A stretch of DNA of 64,000 nt from an uncultured Chloroflexia bacterium (lineage in GTDB: Bacteria; Chloroflexota; Anaerolineae; Anaerolineales; UBA4823), in contig CAVPDG010000022.1 of NCBI GenBank assembly GCA_963702535.1, positions 31,691 through 95,690 on the forward strand, read 5' to 3'. Below the pieces are notes generated by a model. That model was given only the letters and a program-made list of their open reading frames with translations, ran no database searches and was not told the DNA's origin. The translations under genes and the position numbers were made by a program. This document shows positions 60,664 through 64,000 of this stretch, one piece after another (position 1 is the first letter of the stretch; the number at the start of each line of letters is the position of its first letter).

Positions 60664-61742
60664 TTACACGGATAGGCGATTGAAGTCGCGCAAGATGCGG
60701 CGCAGGGGCTCATGGGGTAAACTGTGGACGGTGAGACCGTTCCGCCCGGTCATGGTCTCGGCGGCGACCAGGGCATTGATGATGGCTTCCTCCACAGCGT
60801 AGATGGCGGCGCCGAAGAGGGGGTCCATGTGGTCGTTGGGTAAGGCTTGCAGGCAGGCGAGGTCCGCCGACGGGGCGGGCGGCGCCGGGGTTGGCGGTGG
60901 AGAAGGCGAGGAAGATATCCCCCGAGCCGTTGCCGGACATGCCGCCGGTGCGCGCCATGCCCAGGGACCCGCGCCGGGCGATGCGCTTGAGCTGGTGCGG
61001 CAGGAGAGGCGCATCGGTGGCGATGACCAGGATGAGCGAGCCCTGCTCGACATTGGGATTCTCGCCGCTGGTAAAGGGGGCGTCCTCGGTCAGATAATGC
61101 CCCACCGGCACGCCGGAGATGGTGAGCTGGTAGCGGCGCCCGAAGTTTGCCTGGGCGAGCACGCCCACGGTGTAGCCGCCATCCTTCTCGGCGAGACGGC
61201 GGGAGGCTGTGCCTGTACCCCCTTTGAACTCGTAAGCAGATCATGCCCGTGCCGCCGCCGACGTTGCCTTCGGCGAGCGCGCCGCCATGCGCTTCCTGCA
61301 GAGCCTGCCAGGCGTGCTCCGGCTGGATGTGGAAGCCGTGCATGTCGTTGAGCCAGCCGTCGGCGGTCTCGCCCACCACCGGGCAGGACCAGGGCTGGAA
61401 GAGGGCTTCGTGCTCGATCTGCCAGTGGATGATGGCGTCGCGCACGACGCCGACGCTGTGGGTGTTGGTGAGACCGATGGGACCTTCCAGGAAGCCGCTC
61501 TCCTCCACCCAGGCGGTGCCGGTGACCTCGCCGTTGCCGTTGAGGGCGAACCAGCCGGCGCAAACAGGGTCGTGGTCGTCTATCCCGCGGGGGTGGATGA
61601 CGGTGACGCCGGTGCGGATGGAGTCGCCGCGGATGACGGTGGCATAACCGACCTGGACGCCTGCCACGTCGGTGATGGCGTTACAAGGACCGGGCATGCC
61701 TTCGAAGAGGATGCCGAGGTCACGAGCGCGGGGTTTGGACAT
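60664..61742 (-). CDS. dmpA: DmpA/P1 (S58) aminopeptidase; two frameshifts
   Basis: NAITDVAGV.VG, NGNGE, TNTHSVG, EGNVGGGTGM, GSLILVIATDAPL, GSGDIFLAFST, EEAIINAL. Confidence 0.88.
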
Positions 61743-61770
61743 GGTGCCTCCTGTTCGGTAACGAGATTAC

Positions 61771-61889
61771 ACCGCAAAGATTAAACCGCAAAGAGCACGA
61801 AGAATAATAAAAAAGAACACAAAGAGAGCTTCTTTAACAACTCATTCTAAACCTTTATGCTTTCTTTGTGATCTTTGTGTTTCAGGTTT
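61771..61889. repeat. Low-complexity inverted-repeat intergenic element (C(G/A)CAAAG / CTTTGTG units)
   Basis: CGCAAAG, CGCAAAG and CACAAAG followed by CTTTATG, CTTTGTG, CTTTGTG. Confidence 0.55.
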
Positions 61890-61975
61890 TGATATCCGGC
61901 ATAAGCGCCCTTGCGGGAGAGGCGGATATGGGGGAAAATACACCTGGTAAGGTACCTTGAGGCAGGGAGGCAGGT

Positions 61976-62738
61976 GTGAGGAAAATTGCCGTTGCACTGG
62001 CAAAGGGAGGGGTAGGCAAGACGACCACGGCGGTGAGCCTGGCGGCGGGGCTGGCGCGCCAGGGGCAGAGGGTGCTGATCGTGGATGTGGACACGCAGGG
62101 GCAGGTATCGCGCTCGCTGGGAGCTGAAGCCAACTGCCGGGCTGGGCGAGCTGGCGCTGGGCGAGGCGAGCCAGGAGCAGGCGATCCTGCCGGCGCGCGA
62201 GAACCTGTGGCTGCTGGGGGGCGGCAGGTCGCTGGCGGGGCTGAAGATGCTGATCAACCGCAAGGAGTACGCCGGCGAGCAGACGCTGGCGGAAGCCCTG
62301 GCGCCGCTGGATGGCGAGTACGACTACGCCATCCTGGATACGCCGCCCGGCTGGGACACGCTGACGATCAACGCCCTGTTTTACGCCGACGAGGTGCTGG
62401 CGCCGGTCTCGCTGGAGGTGCTGACGCTGCAGGGGCTGCTGGATTTCAACCAGAACCTGAGCGCCATCCAGCGCTTCCACCCGAGCCTGGAATTGCGCTA
62501 CGTGCTGCCCACGTTTTTCGACCGGCGGGTGCGCAAGTCGCTGGAGATCCAGGAGCTGCTCCAGGCGCATTACGCCGCGCAGCTCTGCGAGCCGGTGCGC
62601 TACAACGTGCGCCTTTCGGAAGCGCCGGGCTACGGGCAGACGATCTACGAATACGCTCCGCGCTCACCGGGAGCGGAGGACTATGGGAAGCTGACGGAAA
62701 GGATCATGCAAGATGGCAGAACGCAAGCAAACCCCTGA
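61976..62738 (+). CDS. parA: ParA/Soj-family ATPase; frameshift near 62125
   Basis: [35 protein letters not shown]. Confidence 0.88.
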
Positions 62739-63094
62739 TATCCTGGCAGAAATCTTGAGCGGAGCGCCCAGCGAGGCGCCCCAACCCGTGCGCGCCGGCG
62801 GCAAAGACGCCGCCCAGAGCGAAGAAAGCCGCGGCGCCAGCCGCAGCGAAAGCGCCAAAAGCGGCAAAAGGGCGCTGGGAGTACCGCGTGGCGTCCTTCC
62901 AGCATTACCACGGCTGCCGGCTGCGCTACGTCGATGGGGTAGAGTATGCCAATTGGGAGCGGGCGCCGCTGCTGCACGAGTACCTGAGGCAGATGGCGGA
63001 GCAGGGCTGGGAGCTGGTATCAGCCTGCGCCGGCGAGCGGCTGTTCGGCTTGAATGATAAGCAGCAGCTATTCTTCAGGCGAATAGCTGAATAA
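62713..63094 (+). CDS. Small ParA-coupled protein with DUF4177-like C-terminus; frameshift near 62875
   Basis: [15 protein letters not shown] plus a disordered linker, then [27 protein letters not shown]. Confidence 0.6.
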
Positions 63095-63102
63095 GGACAA
63101 TT

Positions 63103-64000
63103 TTGTCCGTACAGAGCACGGAAGAAGCGGTCAGCGCTGCCATCCAGGCTGAGATCCTGGGAGTGCTGGGGCTGAGGGAGAGGGCTTGGGCGCAGCGGCT
63201 GCTGAGGCCTGTAACCCGCCCCCCCGCCAGGCGCATGGCGAAATTGCTGGCGGAACTCGACCAGAACGTCGCCGAATACGGCTGGCAGGGCGGGGCGCAG
63301 CGCTTCCTCACCCACTTCGTGCAAGGGGCGCAGGTGAGCGGCGCAGAGAGCCTGCCCAGGAAGGGCGCGCTGCTGGTGGTCTCCAACCACCCGGCGGCTA
63401 CCGATGTGATCATCCTGGCAGCCAGCCTGCCGCGCGACGACCTGAAGATCATCTCCAGCCCGGTGAGCGTGATCACCCGCCTGCCGGCGGTGGCGCCGCA
63501 CTTCATCTTCATCTCTGAGGATACCCACGAGCGCATGGGCACGGTGCGGGCGGCGCTGCGACATTTGAGAGAGGGCGGGGCGCTGCTGATCTTCCCGCGC
63601 GGCGACGCCGAGCCGGACCCGGCGGTCTCACCCGGGGCGCTGGAGAGCCTGGAACACTGGTACGCCAGCATCGACCTGTTCCTGCATAAAGCCCCGCAGA
63701 CCCAGACGGTGATCTCGGTGGTGACGGGGGTGCTCTCGCCGCGCTGGTTCCGCAGCCCGCTAGTGCGCCTATGGAGGCGACCCGAGCAGCGCCAGAAGAT
63801 CGCAGAGATCCTGCAGGTTTCCCAGCAGCTCGTGCGGCGCAAGAGACCTGGGGCTGACGCCCAGGGTGGCGCTCTCGCCGCCGCTGACGGTGGAAGACCT
63901 GAGCGAGGGGACGGCGCAAGCGGATACCTATCTGCACGCCATCACCGCCCGGGCGCGGCAGATGCTGGTGGAGCAGGCGAGCGGCCGACCCGGAGCTACA
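63103..64000 (+). CDS. PlsC-family acyltransferase, runs off the window end
   Basis: Hand translation from TTG 63103: LLVVSNHPAATD (HxxxxD), LLIFPRG; absent from the ORF track. Confidence 0.8.
   Translation, partial: MSVQSTEEAVSAAIQAEILGVLGLRERAWAQRLLRPVTRPPARRMAKLLAELDQNVAEYGWQGGAQRFLTHFVQGAQVSGAESLPRKGALLVVSNHPAATDVIILAASLPRDDLKIISSPVSVITRLPAVAPHFIFISEDTHERMGTVRAALRHLREGGALLIFPRGDAEPDPAVSPGALESLEHWYASIDLFLHKAPQTQTVISVVTGVLSPRWFRSPLVRLWRRPEQRQKIAEILQVSQQLVRRKRPGADAQGGALAAADGGRPERGDGASGYLSARHHRPGAADAGGAGERPTRSY

Noticed and set aside
49-63094. About 17 genes split by frameshifts, read as pseudogenes or programmed frameshifting
   Set aside because: The breaks hit unrelated housekeeping genes (znuA, lysK, aspartokinase, comM, parA) with otherwise intact sequence and no common slippery motif; most likely uncorrected long-read indels
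1-64000. tRNA, rRNA or known riboswitch genes
   Set aside because: No T-loop/cloverleaf, rRNA or riboswitch consensus recognised by eye; a tRNAscan/Rfam run is needed to exclude them

Overview
A 64-kb window of GC-rich bacterial chromosome, most likely Chloroflexota (Anaerolineae-like). That placement is inferred from the Pro/Thr-linker lipoproteins, NBR1-Ig domains, the LysW pathway and a C-terminal LxxV-M-K type motif. Around 17 genes are split by single-base frameshifts, which points to long-read indel errors rather than real pseudogenes. Housekeeping content: a Zur-regulated Zn ABC operon, queG, miaB, hpt, comM/yifB, AOR-moaD, aspartokinase-thrC, pirin, dmpA and parA. Five regions stand out. 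(1) A complete LysW carrier-protein cluster (lysW-X-J convergent with lysY-Z-K). Its 55-aa lysW is absent from the ORF track and is preceded by a leader peptide with alternative terminator/antiterminator pairing. (2) A divergent PlsY paralog, a RPH/PigC-like dikinase and an ABC exporter in one run, behind a structured leader. (3) An SDR (3-beta-HSD-like) gene coupled to a steroid 5-alpha-reductase-like gene. (4) A lower-GC island (about 51.6-59.4 kb) of three orphan Rhs-type C-terminal cassettes, each followed by an exported partner, with IS remnants, a nucleotidyltransferase pair and a diverged non-coding repeat. (5) An orphan ParA with a DUF4177-like partner. All family calls come from motifs recognised by eye; no database searches were run.
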